From assembly GCF_009914755.1 (NCBI RefSeq), contig NC_060935.1: a stretch of DNA of 64,000 bases, one strand, 5' to 3'. The notes under the pieces are model-generated. The model searched no databases, was not told the origin of the DNA, and saw only the letters and a program-made list of their open reading frames with translations. Below, one piece after another: positions 39,470-52,479 of the stretch. Source of the DNA: the human T2T-CHM13v2.0 reference genome, Homo sapiens. Every line of letters starts with the position of its first letter. The first letter of the stretch is position 1. The translations under genes and the position numbers were made by a program.

Positions 39470-39990
39470 ATATTTACTGAGTGTCCAAGTCTCTGAGCTC
39501 AGCTTGAGGAGCCAGATGTGGGTCCTGACCCTTTAGGTACAAAGTAGGCATGGTAGATATGCACATAAATAACTGTAATTCAAGATAGAAAGTGATCCAA
39601 GAGGCAAAACCAAAATGCAATGGGAGTGCAGAGGAGAAAGCCATCAGAGAAACCTCCCTCTGGAGGTGTCCTCCTAACTGGGCCTGGAACAGTGGGGAGG
39701 GTTTGGACATAATAGTTTTGAATATAACACAGTGTGAACTAATCAGTGCTTCAGTTTAGATGGTTTCTAGAAGCATAAAATGGAAATAAGGCTAGAATGA
39801 AAGAGGAAACTGAGGCATGGGGGCCTTGAATGCTGGGCTAAGTCATGATAAGGAATTTACTGATGGGCAGCGGGGAGCTCTTGAAGGCTTCTAAATATGA
39901 GTGACAAGTTTAGAACTGGGCTTCAGGAAGGATTGTATGGTGGCAGGGTTCTGGGACGGCTGGAAGCAGAAGAGATAAGAGGCAGGGAGA
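39470..39990 (-). mobile_element. L2 fragment
   Basis: TATTTACTGAGTGTCC; GGGGCCTTGAATGCTGGGCTAAG; TGATGGGCAGCGGGGAGC..TGAAGG. Confidence 0.65.
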
Positions 39991-41594
39991 ATAGAGGTGA
40001 TAAACTTGAAATGGGCAGTGGCACGGGCCTGGGGACAGGGCATCCCATCTAAGGGCTGGGCAGAGAGTCTTGGCAGCTACCAGGATGTTAGGCGACCTAC
40101 AGCAGCCAGAGGATCCTGACAGCCCACGGAATAACATGACCACCACTTGGCCGATTCTCCAAGCACTGCATGATGCTGTGTTCTGTTTCAGGGATGTGGT
40201 CATCTCAACATGCACCACTCAAAATGCAGATCCCCACATGCATTATGTCACCTCCAGGTGCTTCACTGACTGTATCTCCAACCTTTTGCCCTGCCCCAGC
40301 CTCTATCACCAATATAGGTACTTTATAATTCCATCTCTAAACGAGATGACAGTTGAGTAGAAATACTTGACAGCCCCAGAGGATGAGGCTTTCAATTCTG
40401 GTTCTGGAGTTCTCTGGGGAAAGGCTTGCAGAATCTATGCAACAGTGTGGCAGCAGAGGGGGGATTAGAAAGCCAGGCTTGCCCCCATGAAGGCAGAACC
40501 TGAGGGCGGGGCTTGTGTTTGCTGTAGTGTCTCCCTTCCCCTCCACCCCTCCCTAAAGAGATTGTTCATAATGCTGTGCTAACAGAAACCACTGCTCACC
40601 GCTGTTGGGCTTCAGCAGATGATAAAATGATAGGAAGATTGTACCACGTTCTCCAAAAAGGCCCCCTGGGGAGGCTGTTGAGCGAGGGTGATTGATTCGG
40701 TTAGATTGTGATGTGTTATTTAGGCAGAAGACAGGGGAGCTAGGAGAATGGAGGAAAACAGAAAGCGAAAGCAGAAAAAATAGTAGAAGAGAAGAGCCCT
40801 TTTTCACCACGTAGACGTGGGCTCTGGTTGTTCTAGATTGGGGTTCACTTGCCCATGACCGGGAGAGAGGGCAGGGACCTTGGTCAATCAGCAGCCCCCA
40901 AGAGACCTGGAAGACAAGGAGCGCGCGAGTGGTGGTATCATTCTGGGAGGCTCCGATGCAAGAAACTCTGTCTGTGGACACTGCTGTCCTGAAAGGGTTA
41001 ATGCACTTAATTAAGAGGGTGGTGCTGCAGATTCAAATGAGGAGAAATCAACTATGCTGAACAAGAAGCTGGACTAGAGGGCCAAAGGCCTGGGCCGGGA
41101 AAGCAAGCCCCTGGTACAGGCAACACCTGCAGAGCGGAAGGGAGTGGGAGTGAGGAGGGAATCGAGTGCTTCCGGCAGTGCTGGCTAAATGGTGGAAGGC
41201 GCAATGGAGCTTCTTCCTCTTACCCTCAGCAAGAACTTCAGGAACTGCTCCAGCTGAGATCGGGAGTGGAAACAGAAAGACAGAGAGGAAGGGAAGGAGG
41301 GAGATGGAGCATAACTGTGCTAATAAAAAGGGAGCCCTGAAAAGGTAAGGGGCAGGTGAGCATGGGGGCTCACTTTGAGTAGCCCCAGGTTAGAGTTTTA
41401 TTAGGGTCTTTCCTTTCCCTCCCAGGCTACACTGTGGAGATATTGTTTGGAGAGAGGATGGCTGATGTAGAAATCTTGTTCAGAGAAGAGTTGGGGACAG
41501 CAAGTGCCATGTCCCTTCCCCATGGGGGATCTGAACCAGAGACTGTGGCTTAAGCTCCTCAGGGAGCGACTTAGAAAGAAAACAAAGAAAAATA

Positions 41595-42073
<479 letters not shown>

Positions 42074-42574
42074 CTAGATTCTTAAATTTTCTTCTTAACA
42101 GTGTCAGCTCCTAGAGTCTCTCTGGGTGAGACAAAGATAACAATGTCACTTTGTAAGGAGGACCCTTTGCTACTGCAGACCTGCTCCAGGCTAATGGTGA
42201 CAACACAGGATAGACAGAGACATGGAAGGATCTGAGGTTAAACTCATAGCCTGCAGAGAGCATGAACTCCCCTCCAAAGAAAAGATGGAGGTGTGTGGGT
42301 GTGGGAGGTGTATGTGTGTGTGTGTGTTGGAGAGGGGAGGGGAGTTGAGAGAATGCGTTGAGTGAGAGAAATGGAGGAAATAAATTAGGAGAGCCAGAAC
42401 AGTCTGGAGATTTTTGGGAAAAGAGTTGGAAAACTGGGATGAGAGAAGCGTCACATACTTCTGCCACTACCCACATACACCATTATGCAAATCAAAAGAA
42501 GCCATTCCTTCTTCAAGACACTTGAGTAGCATCTGCCAGAAGATTCCTACAATAAATATATATCTGTTATGCTA

Positions 42575-42640
42575 CAGATGTGAATGGCGTCCCCTGGGTT
42601 GTGCAGTGCACAACCTGCATAGCTGTATACTGCACCTCTG
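42575..42640 (-). mobile_element. MER91-family fragment
   Basis: Reverse complement GCAGGTTGTGCACTGCACAACCCAGGGGACGCCATTCACAT. Confidence 0.7.
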
Positions 42641-43994
42641 CCGCTGGATGTGGTAGGAATTTGTGGAAACAGACTAGTAAACAGGGCTTTTAGAATGCTT
42701 TTCTCTGTGTGATGTGATATATGTTCCCCTTTGCCATCTCTTCAAGAACCTTTAGGGGAAAAATTACGCTGCTTTTTCAAAGCGTTTGGAGTTAGATTTG
42801 TTTTTCTTTTTAATGTGTCACTGTATGAAACCAAGCCTTAGGGCTGAAGCAGTATGGCTGAGATATATTTAGATGACACTCATTTGCCCACACAGAAATG
42901 AGTCTGCATAGGGTGTGCCCTCGAAGACTGACCACCATTTGGTCTCAGTGTTACAATAATCAGTCTCTAAAGCCCAGGGTTCCTCTTCTGTCGGGAGGCC
43001 ATCAGGTAAGGGAGCGCTTCAGGGTCTGTCCTCCAGGATCTCTTGTCCACAGTTTCAATGTCAGAAGCTAAATCACAGAGAACAGAAATCATGATGAGCT
43101 GAGCTTCTGAGGCAAAGTTGGGGAGCTGCTTCAAACCCTGGCTGTCAATTCAGGGGCTGGGGGGAGAGAATCTGAATTACACAGGCAAAGTGAGTGTGGG
43201 AGGGTCTTGAATCCAGAAAAGCTGCAAACCAGGAGTAACCAGGCAGGTGGGCAGAGGGTGGCTTGCATTCTGGAGCTGTCGGCTGCTGCCTGCAGCAATC
43301 TTTGGAGCAGTCCCAGCATGGGCGAGTGTGGGCTGTGCAGGGACAAACAGGCAGAGGAGAGTGGCAGGGCTGTGCATGGCCCCCTCACTGCTGCTGAGAC
43401 CTGCTTTCTGCCAGGGAACTCCTCGGGTGGTTGCAGGGGGCAGGCTGGCTAGAAACACTTTGGGAGCAGATGTCTCGGGGAAAGGCAGCATTTCTCAAAG
43501 TTGGTTGGACGTCTGCCAGCCTGCCTCCTGGCCCATGTCACAGCCCCCTAGGCTCTGTGACCTTTCACCCTTGGCCCCCAGTTCCCCTGCATGAGGCCAG
43601 GGAGAGGAGGGAGCAAGGGAAGGGGTCAGAGCTATGAATCTTTCCAGCTGGCTAGGAGGGATTATCACCGCATAATAAATCCAGGGCCAGGCGTGTTTAT
43701 GAGGCTCTCGGAAGCTGCAGGAACAATATCATTTAGAAAACATTGATGCTCACGAGGCGAAGGCAATCCCACCCCCTTCCCTTATTTATGAGGCATGTTG
43801 GGTAATTAAGTGAGAGCTGGGAAGGGAGGTGGTTGGGAGAAGATCACCCCTAAATAATCCTGCCTGGTGAAGCCACCATCTGGGCTGTTGTGCAGCAAGG
43901 ATGGCCCCCATATGGTTGGATAGTTTATGAGCAGAGCAGTGATCCAGGGGCTAAGGAAGAAATACTTAAGAAATATAAGTAGACTCACACAGAT

Positions 43995-44290
43995 GTGGTC
44001 TGAGCTCCAGGAGGACAGAGACCACAACTTATTCATTGTTATAACCCTGGAACCCATCACAGTGTCTGGCATATGGTACTTGCTTAATGTACATTGTTGA
44101 ATAAATTCATTCATCCATGCATTGGAGAACAATTTGACGGGTGTCTATATGTGCCAGATTCTGCACTTGATACACACTGCTTTGTAACAATGAACAAGAC
44201 AGACACAGCTTCTGCCTTCATGCAGCTTATGATTTACCAGTGGAATCAAACATCAAAGAAATAATAACTCAAACAAATATTTCACTGCGC
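43995..44290. mobile_element. Two L2 3' ends, tail to tail
   Basis: + CAGTGTCTGGCATATGG..TTGTTGAATAAAT then - TCATTCAT..TATGTGCCAG..ATGAACAAGACAGACAC. Confidence 0.7.
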
Positions 44291-45139
44291 TGGATTTGCC
44301 TTTCCCCACCACAGCAGTTAAGGAAAAAGGGGGAAAATGAATGAATTAAGGGTAATTGGGCATAACGCCTTGCAAAGCCAACCTTAACATAAGGTTGCTT
44401 AATAACTAAGTCAAGGTCAAAACAAAGGCACTCTTTCAGCATAAAAAGATTGAAAAGTTACGTTGGCAGGAGGGCTATCCCTCATGGGTAGACCTGATGA
44501 AAGCCTTCAGCTAGTTAACTTAGTGTCTGATTTGTTCACATTTTGGTTTGTTTTATGATATTTCTCCATGAACAAGAAAAGGACAACTAGAAAAGGGAGG
44601 TGGAGGTGGAAGCAAGCTGCCACCGGAGTCATTAACTGGTTGGATGTTCTCTCTGCAATCCTCTGCTTCAGGACTCAAAACTTCCTCCTCATTCCCATCC
44701 TGTCACTTGCAGCAGAAACTATTGCCTTGGGACTTGCCAGAGACCTGAAGATTCCTGAACTCAAGGTGGGGCATTGCCTTTGAGGAACTGAAGCCACGTA
44801 ACTGAATAGGCTAGTCTTGGTTTTCAGAATGTGAGCCATAGAACCAGGATAATGCATTAGTCATGGTCCATTGAGCTAATACAAAAGTACTCAAGTATAT
44901 TCCAAAATATATTTTTCTATATCTGAAGATAATTTGAGTCTGTAGACACCCATTAAACCTATAAAGTATGCACCCACTGCCAATGCGATTGACCTATCGG
45001 AAAGATGTGTACTTGGGAGCGTAGGCATGCATCTTTGCAAGTGTGGAGGTGTGTTGGTTATCATGAGTGAGAACTGGTGAGTGGGATTCAGAGCCTGAGT
45101 CCTACCTGAGTAACTGGGAGACTGTGGTACTGTGCCTCC

Positions 45140-45640
45140 AAGGTGGCATCCATCAATGCTTCCTTCCCTGTGTGCACATCCAGAGATGAGATTGACGCCT
45201 CCTCTCCCCTTAGACATGGCTGGACTTACCAACATGCTTGGTAAGTCCAGAATGCAGCTGTGTGACTTTGGGGATTTGGAGGCTCGGTCACAGAAGTCGC
45301 AGCTTCCCCACGTGCCTCTTCGTCTGCTTGCTTTTGAACATTTCCTCATGGGCACCAGCCTTGAGGGCCATGCTGTGAGAAGCTGAAGCCGCTGGAGAGG
45401 TCCCTGTAGAAGTGCAGAGACAGAGAGGAGCAGAGGACCCAGGAGGCACCGGAAGCAGGTGTGAGGAACCATCTTGTAAGTGGATCCTGCCCCACATGAC
45501 ACTGTGAGATTCAGAGATGAATGGCCCAGCCAATTTCTTCCCAAATTCCTAAACCATACAATTGTGAGCTAAATAAAACTGTTGTTTTAAGTCACTATGT
45601 TTTAGGATAATTTCTTCTGCAGCAAGGGATAACCGGAAAG
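45140..45640 (+). mobile_element. MLT1 (G/H-like) LTR
   Basis: GCCATGCTGTGAGAAGCTGAAGCC..CCCAAATTCCTAAACC..GTTGTTTTAAGTCACTATGTTTT. Confidence 0.75.
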
Positions 45641-45690
45641 AGACCCACAAAGCTCAAAGCCCATTGTGCTAGGCTCCTGACCCATCTGAA

Positions 45691-45731
45691 CACTGAGCGG
45701 GCACTGAGCGGGCTCTGAGCGGGCTCTGAGC
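45691..45731. repeat. 11-bp tandem repeat CWCTGAGCGGG x3.7
   Basis: CACTGAGCGGG CACTGAGCGGG CTCTGAGCGGG CTCTGAGC. Confidence 0.95.
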
Positions 45732-47954
45732 AGACTCACTTGGCCTGAGGCTCCTCTACTGAGAAGCAGCTGTTTTAGCAGAGCCCTCCCAATTCTGGAA
45801 GAACAGAGGCCAACTCCTCCCACTCACGACCCCCTGGCCCTGGCTACTGCTGCCCCTCTGAGCTCACCACAGGGCCTCCGTTCCCTGAGCTCAGTTACCA
45901 GCAAGCTCGGACCCTCCAGGCCTGGCCTGGCCTGGAACCTGGATGCCTCCAGCCTTTGCTGCTACAGTGGGCCCTGCGGGAGGGTAAGAGGCCCTGTGAG
46001 GACAGGATGCTGGGCTCAGTGCCATCTGCAAGGGCATGGCTGGGGAGGCAGAGAGAGTCAAGGGGATGATGGACTGACTATCTCAGCAGGCAGGGGCCTG
46101 GGAAGGTAGGGGGATCAAAAAGCAGTCAGTAGGTATGGCTCCAGAGAAAAGTGTTTCATGCCATTAAGTATTACCAAATTGGGCTTTATAAGTGAAGTAG
46201 AGTCTATCTTTAAGACTTAAAAAAGACATTTACCACCTATTTCTGCTTAGTGTTTTACTTATGCTATTAGGCTTCCATTTCATGCACAAATGAATTATGC
46301 AGAGAATGCCATAGCTTAGTTTCAGCAGGCAAACAGTGGCCGAGCTAGTGCCTTCCCATTACTCTAGTGTCAGTGCACAAAAGGATGTTGGATGCAGTTC
46401 TGGCAGATTAGCAAATTAGCTCTGCTGCTATTACCTCAAGTGTTGCCAAACTGTCAGGGAGATTCTAAAACCCCGGGATTCAGAGGTGGCAGGGAGGGAG
46501 CAGGCTGCTTTCTGAGCCATCCCGGCTTCCCTGACTCCTCTTAAGTTCCCAGGGAATCTTTTGCTCTCTGGGGACATAAGATGTCACTATCTGAGAGTCC
46601 GTGGTCCCTCCCTTGGCGGCAGCCCCCAGTTGAGGGCCCTCAGTTTCACAGTATCTGAGTAGCAGCTGATCAACTCCTAGATGTGGGACAGGTCCCAGCA
46701 GAACCTGTGATTTCTTAGGGAACTGCTTTATGTTCCCAAAACCCAGGAGCACATGCTCACTCTTCCAAAAGGGACAGTTTTAGAAGCACAGACTTATGAT
46801 TTTGTCTCCACTCCTGACTGGCCAACTTGTCATCCTCAGCTTTCAGGTAACACTGGAGGCTTAAAAACCTGCAGGACCTTTCACCGATCTTATTCAACAA
46901 TTCCCCTAGATCCTGGCTTATCTTACTGACTCTGGCTTTAGAGGAAGGCAGGTTGTGCAGGAGCTTTATGACCCAATCTTAGTGGCTCCAAATAGCTCCT
47001 CCTCTAGGCTTGCCATACCATCTGAAATTCCGTCATGTGAGAATTTGCTTTCTGGATGAAGGTTTGCATCTTCAGGAATCCTCTGTTAAATTTCAGATAA
47101 CCCCAATCATGATTTTGTATGAATCCTTGGTAGTCACTAGCATTCCAGGCCTTCTCAGCAGTTGGGCCTTTCACACACCCACAGCTCCATAAAAACGGCA
47201 CCACTCAAGTATTTCCCTGATTGACAGCAGTATCCACGCTGCTGTCTCTGCCTCTCCAGCTTTGCCCACTGCTTCCCACACCGTATTGAGTATTTCTGTC
47301 TTCTGATCCCATGCTGCCATTTCCCTGTTGAAGGTTTTTTCTCACAGCTCTGATTGATCCTTTGCATTCTTTCTCAATCACAGTCCAGAATGTTTACCCA
47401 GTGACCCTGCTCTAGATTATCCTGGTTAAATACCTGGCTGGTTACCTGGGATCGTATACTCCTAAATGCTTCTCATCTTTGCCTGGCAGGGCAGCCAGTA
47501 CCTCTGGGTTGATTAGCAGGGCTCTCAGGGGTGGAAGAGGAACCCTGGGACAGGCTTTGCTGAGCAACAAGCCCTACCGAAACTGAATGTAGAGTACCCC
47601 AAAGGCAATCTCTAGTTCTCCATTGAGATGATTATAATCCTGGCTCGCAGCCCTTGACTGCTATGTTAGTGAACCCTAGGATAGTCACTGAATTACAGAG
47701 GATGACAGCTGGAAGGGACCTTTCTCTTGTAAGGCTGAGAGGTGAAGTGCTTTGACCAAGATCCCAACGTCAGTGAGTGGCCAAGCTGAACCTGGCCATC
47801 AGTGCCCCTGCTGCTGCCCCTCTTCTCTGTTACTCTCAGGCTGCTGGTCTTTCAGGACAGCATTATTTCCAGGGAGTAATTCATGTGGACAACAGCCCAT
47901 GCTGGCTTTTTATACAACGACTATACAGAAAAAGAGTGACCTGGGCTGCCTGTA

Positions 47955-47985
47955 CAGATGACACTCAGATGACACTCAGATGACA
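47955..47985. repeat. 11-bp tandem repeat CAGATGACACT x2.8
   Basis: CAGATGACACT CAGATGACACT CAGATGACA. Confidence 0.95.
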
Positions 47986-48364
47986 GAGGGGGCTGGACTC
48001 TACCAACATGTATAAATCAGTCTACCTAAGGGTGGGATCGGGAAAAGCTTTTGATTAATTGATTCCCGTATTCTCCGTGTGATTGCTACCTTGCTCAGAA
48101 TAGCCCATGAAGCATTTCCTGCCAGGCCACCCCGGGAACCTGAGTTGGATCATAGGCATTTATTTGTCTACCTAATGAACATTTTGGGGTGCCAGCAGTG
48201 TGCCCAGCTCAGTACTAGGTACTGAAAATCCAACAGTGAATAAGACAGACGAGACGCTTGTACTCAGAGGCCTTTCAGTCTAATGAAGGATACAGATAAA
48301 TCATTTATTACACAGATCAGTGAGTGCTATGATATGGAGAAGTGCAGAGTATTATGAAAGAGTG

Positions 48365-48471
48365 AAACCAGGATACTTAGGAAAATGAAAGGGAGTACTA
48401 TTGATGATTACATCAGGACAACAGGTGCAAACTAGGACTGTCCTGGGCAAACTGGGACACCTGGTCACCCT
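48365..48471. mobile_element. MER94 (hAT-Blackjack), adjacent to a minus-strand L2 (~48155-48365)
   Basis: GGACAACAGGTGCAAACTAGGACTGTCCTGGGCAAACTGGGACACCTGGTCACCCTA. Confidence 0.8.
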
Positions 48472-51085
48472 AGTTATAGAAATAGAGAGGGAGGAAAAAA
48501 ATCAGGAAGGGAAGGGAATCAAGAAAGGCTTCTTAGGGGACTTACAAGCTGATTTGCAATAACTTTCTTACAATGAGAATTCCCACAATACATATTGATA
48601 AAAAAAATTATGTATATGTGAGATTCAGACTTTAGCTCTATTCATTTTACCCATTGACCATGCAACTGATTTTAATTTATCATGTGTCACTTCCTTCCCC
48701 CAGGCAACTCACACCCACAATCAGAGATCTCTCAATAAGCTTTCTCCACCTTCACCTTTCAGGAAGCAAAGCCATTTCCAGTAAGTACCAGGCACAAACC
48801 TCAGTTGCAGAAGCAGCCCCTGACTCTCTGGGATGGTTAAAATTTCCTCCCTTTATCCAAGACCAGGAGTGTTCAGAACAAAACCTCTTTTCCAAGTACC
48901 AGACAATGTCAATTTTTCCAGCTGCTCAATGAAGTTTATGCCCTTGGTTGAATCAATGCTTTCCTGTAAGTTTTTTCTAATGTGACTTCTCACCTCTTTT
49001 CCTTTCTTCTTTCTTGTCTGGTCTTTATGTCGCTTGTCCATAAGGCATGTCCCAGATGTTTTTCTACTGTTGTTCTATTTCCTGTCACGCATGTTGTGAC
49101 CTGTTGCCATATTAGTATTCTCCAAGCTCACAATGGCATCATTCATCCATGAGATATCTTCATCCATAGCAAAAAAGAAGAAAACCAAATACAGGTACCA
49201 ATGGAGAGAAAGGGCCCATTCACTGCAATGCCCTGCTGGGTATTAAACAGAATTATTGATCAATTAAGTCCCTCAAAAGGCAACATTGGGTGGGGAGCTG
49301 CTGGTTATGGCTATGAGGTAATAAAGAATTGAAATGAGAGTCCTCTGAGATGCCACATAAGATAGGGTCTGGTGGAGAAAGCCAGTGGCCAGTTGATGTG
49401 TTGAGAAGATAATTATGACACCCAAGATCTCTCAATGTCTTGTGTAAACTCAATCTGGGCCATAATGCCTTGTTCTTCCAGAATGCTTTGATCTAAGGAG
49501 GTCTAGGAGGCTTCTGAGAGCACTAAAGTCAGAAATAAGCAACTCTATCATAACAGTCTCACTCAACCCAAGCGGATTTTTAATTTGCTACTTGTAATTA
49601 GTCTTGCCCTAATGATTGGCTTTATACATAAGTGAGGTAGGTTCCCATAGCATTTCATGGTAACTGCCTTCATACAATTGAAATTAAGAACAAGTAGATA
49701 ATAAAGTACTAGCGAAGTAGAATTTGTTCAAAGGGATAGATTTTCAGCTCAGCCACTTCATCGAGGGTTTGTGCGGGGGGTAGATGGGAAGGAGAGAAGA
49801 CAGAGATGGTGGAATTGATTCAAAAGGAGATAAAGAAAACAACTATAGAGGAAAGGGCTTTTGAATAGAATGGGAAATCTTCCATACACATCATTAAACC
49901 CAGAAGGTAGGCAGTATCCTAACCAATACCTTAGGAGATCCCAAAAGCCCTCCCACCACCAACGAAGACATGACAAGCAAAAAAGATTTCGCAGAGGCTT
50001 TCCCATTTGGGAGTTGTCCCCTTTGAGGATTCTCTGGTGTGGGAGTCTGTATCCTAACAATTAGGGGTGAAAATTGAAGATGAAAGAGGAAAGTGATATG
50101 ATTGATGGATTCTATTTGGTCAAAGCAAGTGTCTTACATACATTCAATATTGAGCAGTTGCAGACAGACACTGAGAAATCCACAATCTGCTATCATTCCT
50201 GATGCCCAAAAGAGGCCTTTCTGGTGGGTGCCAGACTGCGGTACAACAGACTCTGCATCAGAATTAGAGGAAAAGGAAGAGGCACCAAGTCAGGCCAGAT
50301 CACAGACTGTCCCCAGCCTCTCCTCTTCCCTCCCCGCCATCCTTAGAAAGAGGGATTGGAGTTAACACAGCCCTAGAGGGCCATTATAGCCGAATATTCT
50401 TTGTAATTGGCTGTATTGAAGCTTTGTGTCTGCGCACAGTTTATCCTCAAATGTGAATTCAGTTTTTCTCAACTAATCCTTTTGAGTGTCCTACTAAAAT
50501 CCTATTTATAAATTATAAAGAGAAGTTGCCCCAGTGGAATAAACCAGGTTTTTATTTCACTTGCAAGGTGGTGTCCAACACAAATTGCTCCCATAAGGAG
50601 CCCCACCTTATAAGGACCCCTCCCACATTTATGGCAAATGCAATTTACCTTTGGTTCTGTGTCAAAAGCTCTGATGCTTTTAAAATGACCACCATGAAGT
50701 AGGATTAAGATGAGGAACAACTGGCAGTGGCGTGACAGCACTGGGGTGGGGGTCGGCATAACGTGAGCCTCCGAGGCCGGGTGTCTCCAGCTGGCATAGG
50801 GACACAGCAGGAACAGGCTGCTGGTCCCTAAGCCAACGTCTGTGTCAAACTCTGGGGTCAAACAGGGTGATTGTGGCCTAAAATATGAAGGATTTAAAGC
50901 CATTCATACCATCATTTCTGGTTTATTATCCAGGCTTGTATTTTCTATGGAAGGGTTGATAGCTTTGGTTTATGAGAACCAATTAATGCATGACAGATTC
51001 CTGGAACACTATTCTTATTCTCACTCTCATCTCTTCTCTTCCCCACCATCCATCTCTCTCTCTCTCTGTCTCTCACATGTGCATG

Positions 51086-51088
<3 letters not shown>

Positions 51089-51116
<28 letters not shown>
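51089..51116. repeat. (AC)14 microsatellite
   Basis: Direct count. Confidence 0.95.
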
Positions 51117-52129
51117 CACAAATTTTATGTCTCTTGCCCTAACAATTGGAACATTATGGACTAGAAAATGGGTGTTTGAAGCAGGAACATAGCAGGACAG
51201 TGAGGACGGGGTACACAGGCTACTTGAGCCATTCATCACATGTCACAGCCAAAAGACACCTTGGAAACTGTCTAGCTGGGTAGTCTTCTCACAGCTGAGG
51301 AAACTGAGGCCCAAAGATGAAAGTCAATAACATGGGTAGTCTATGACTTTCTTGTCAAACCTACAAACAAACCCAAAACTGATTACAAACCCCTGCAGTG
51401 CTCGCCTAAATCTGTGCTCAGGACGACATCCTTTGTACCTGTGCACTACATACCTAAAGAAGACTACCACATCCACTGTGGATTCATCCTAAGCCATGGT
51501 TTTCCTTAAAAGACAAGGGGAAAGGATGAGACCACTCATTGATCCCAGGGTTAACTTTCCAAAGTACTTCACTAAAGGTCATCTGGCCCTTCACATGACT
51601 GAGGAGGAAAATGGGAATCTGAAGCTGTGATAGGGTCTCAAGAGAATCCCACAGCCAGCTCTGGAAAGCCAAGCTGTAGTCAGGTCTCCTCATTCTTGAG
51701 TCCTTTATCTATCTATTCCAGGCCTTCCTGCTCCACCATCTGGGGGAACCCCCAGCTCCAGCCCAAGCTCCATTTTAGCTTCATGGTGATGAAACCAGAG
51801 TTCTTGCTTCAGGCCAGATTGGTTATTGAGATGGAAGGAGAGGGGAATGGAGGAGTATGTGATTGAAGGCCCAGGCACCAAGCCCTGACCCCAAATCTCT
51901 CTTCCTTCTGCTTAACACAAACCCAAGCCACAGAAGAAAGCAATGATGAGGTCACTACATTCCTGATGGATACAGAGCGTCTTTGTCCCAGCCAGCCAGG
52001 CCTGTGGCTCCACTGACTCAGGCTGGCAGGATCAAGCTGAACATTCTCTCCCCACTAGAAAATGAGCATTCTCAGAGTCTCAGGACACAGCCATGGAAGA
52101 GTATGAACATGCAGACCCACGGAGGCATT

Positions 52130-52130
<1 letters not shown>

Positions 52131-52164
<34 letters not shown>
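52131..52164. repeat. (CA)17 microsatellite
   Basis: Direct count. Confidence 0.95.
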
Positions 52165-52166
<2 letters not shown>

Positions 52167-52479
52167 ACAGCTGGGTGGGAGCAAACACTAAAGAATAAAC
52201 ATACCTGACACACAGCCCAACCTGATCTCCAGAAGGAAAAGATTCCAAAAGTGCTTGAATCCATGAAGAGCAATGTCTTGGGGTTTGGTAATTTCTAATT
52301 TCCTTAGTTTTCTTCTCTGTAAAATGGGAATGGCAATACTTACCTGGAATGATTGCTGTGAGAACTACAGAAAAATATAAAACCCCTAATTTAGTATCTG
52401 GACCAATACATTAACGTTTATGCTATTATTATTTGTTGGGGCAAATTTCCAGCTCACAATTATTCCCCCTTTCTCTGAT

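Noticed and set aside
44891-45544. Longest ORF (217 aa, minus strand)
   Set aside because: Mostly antisense to an MLT1 LTR relic; non-ATG start; no recognisable domain
45691-47985. Short tandem repeats as a CRISPR-like array
   Set aside because: No spacers, 11-bp units, eukaryotic context, no cas genes
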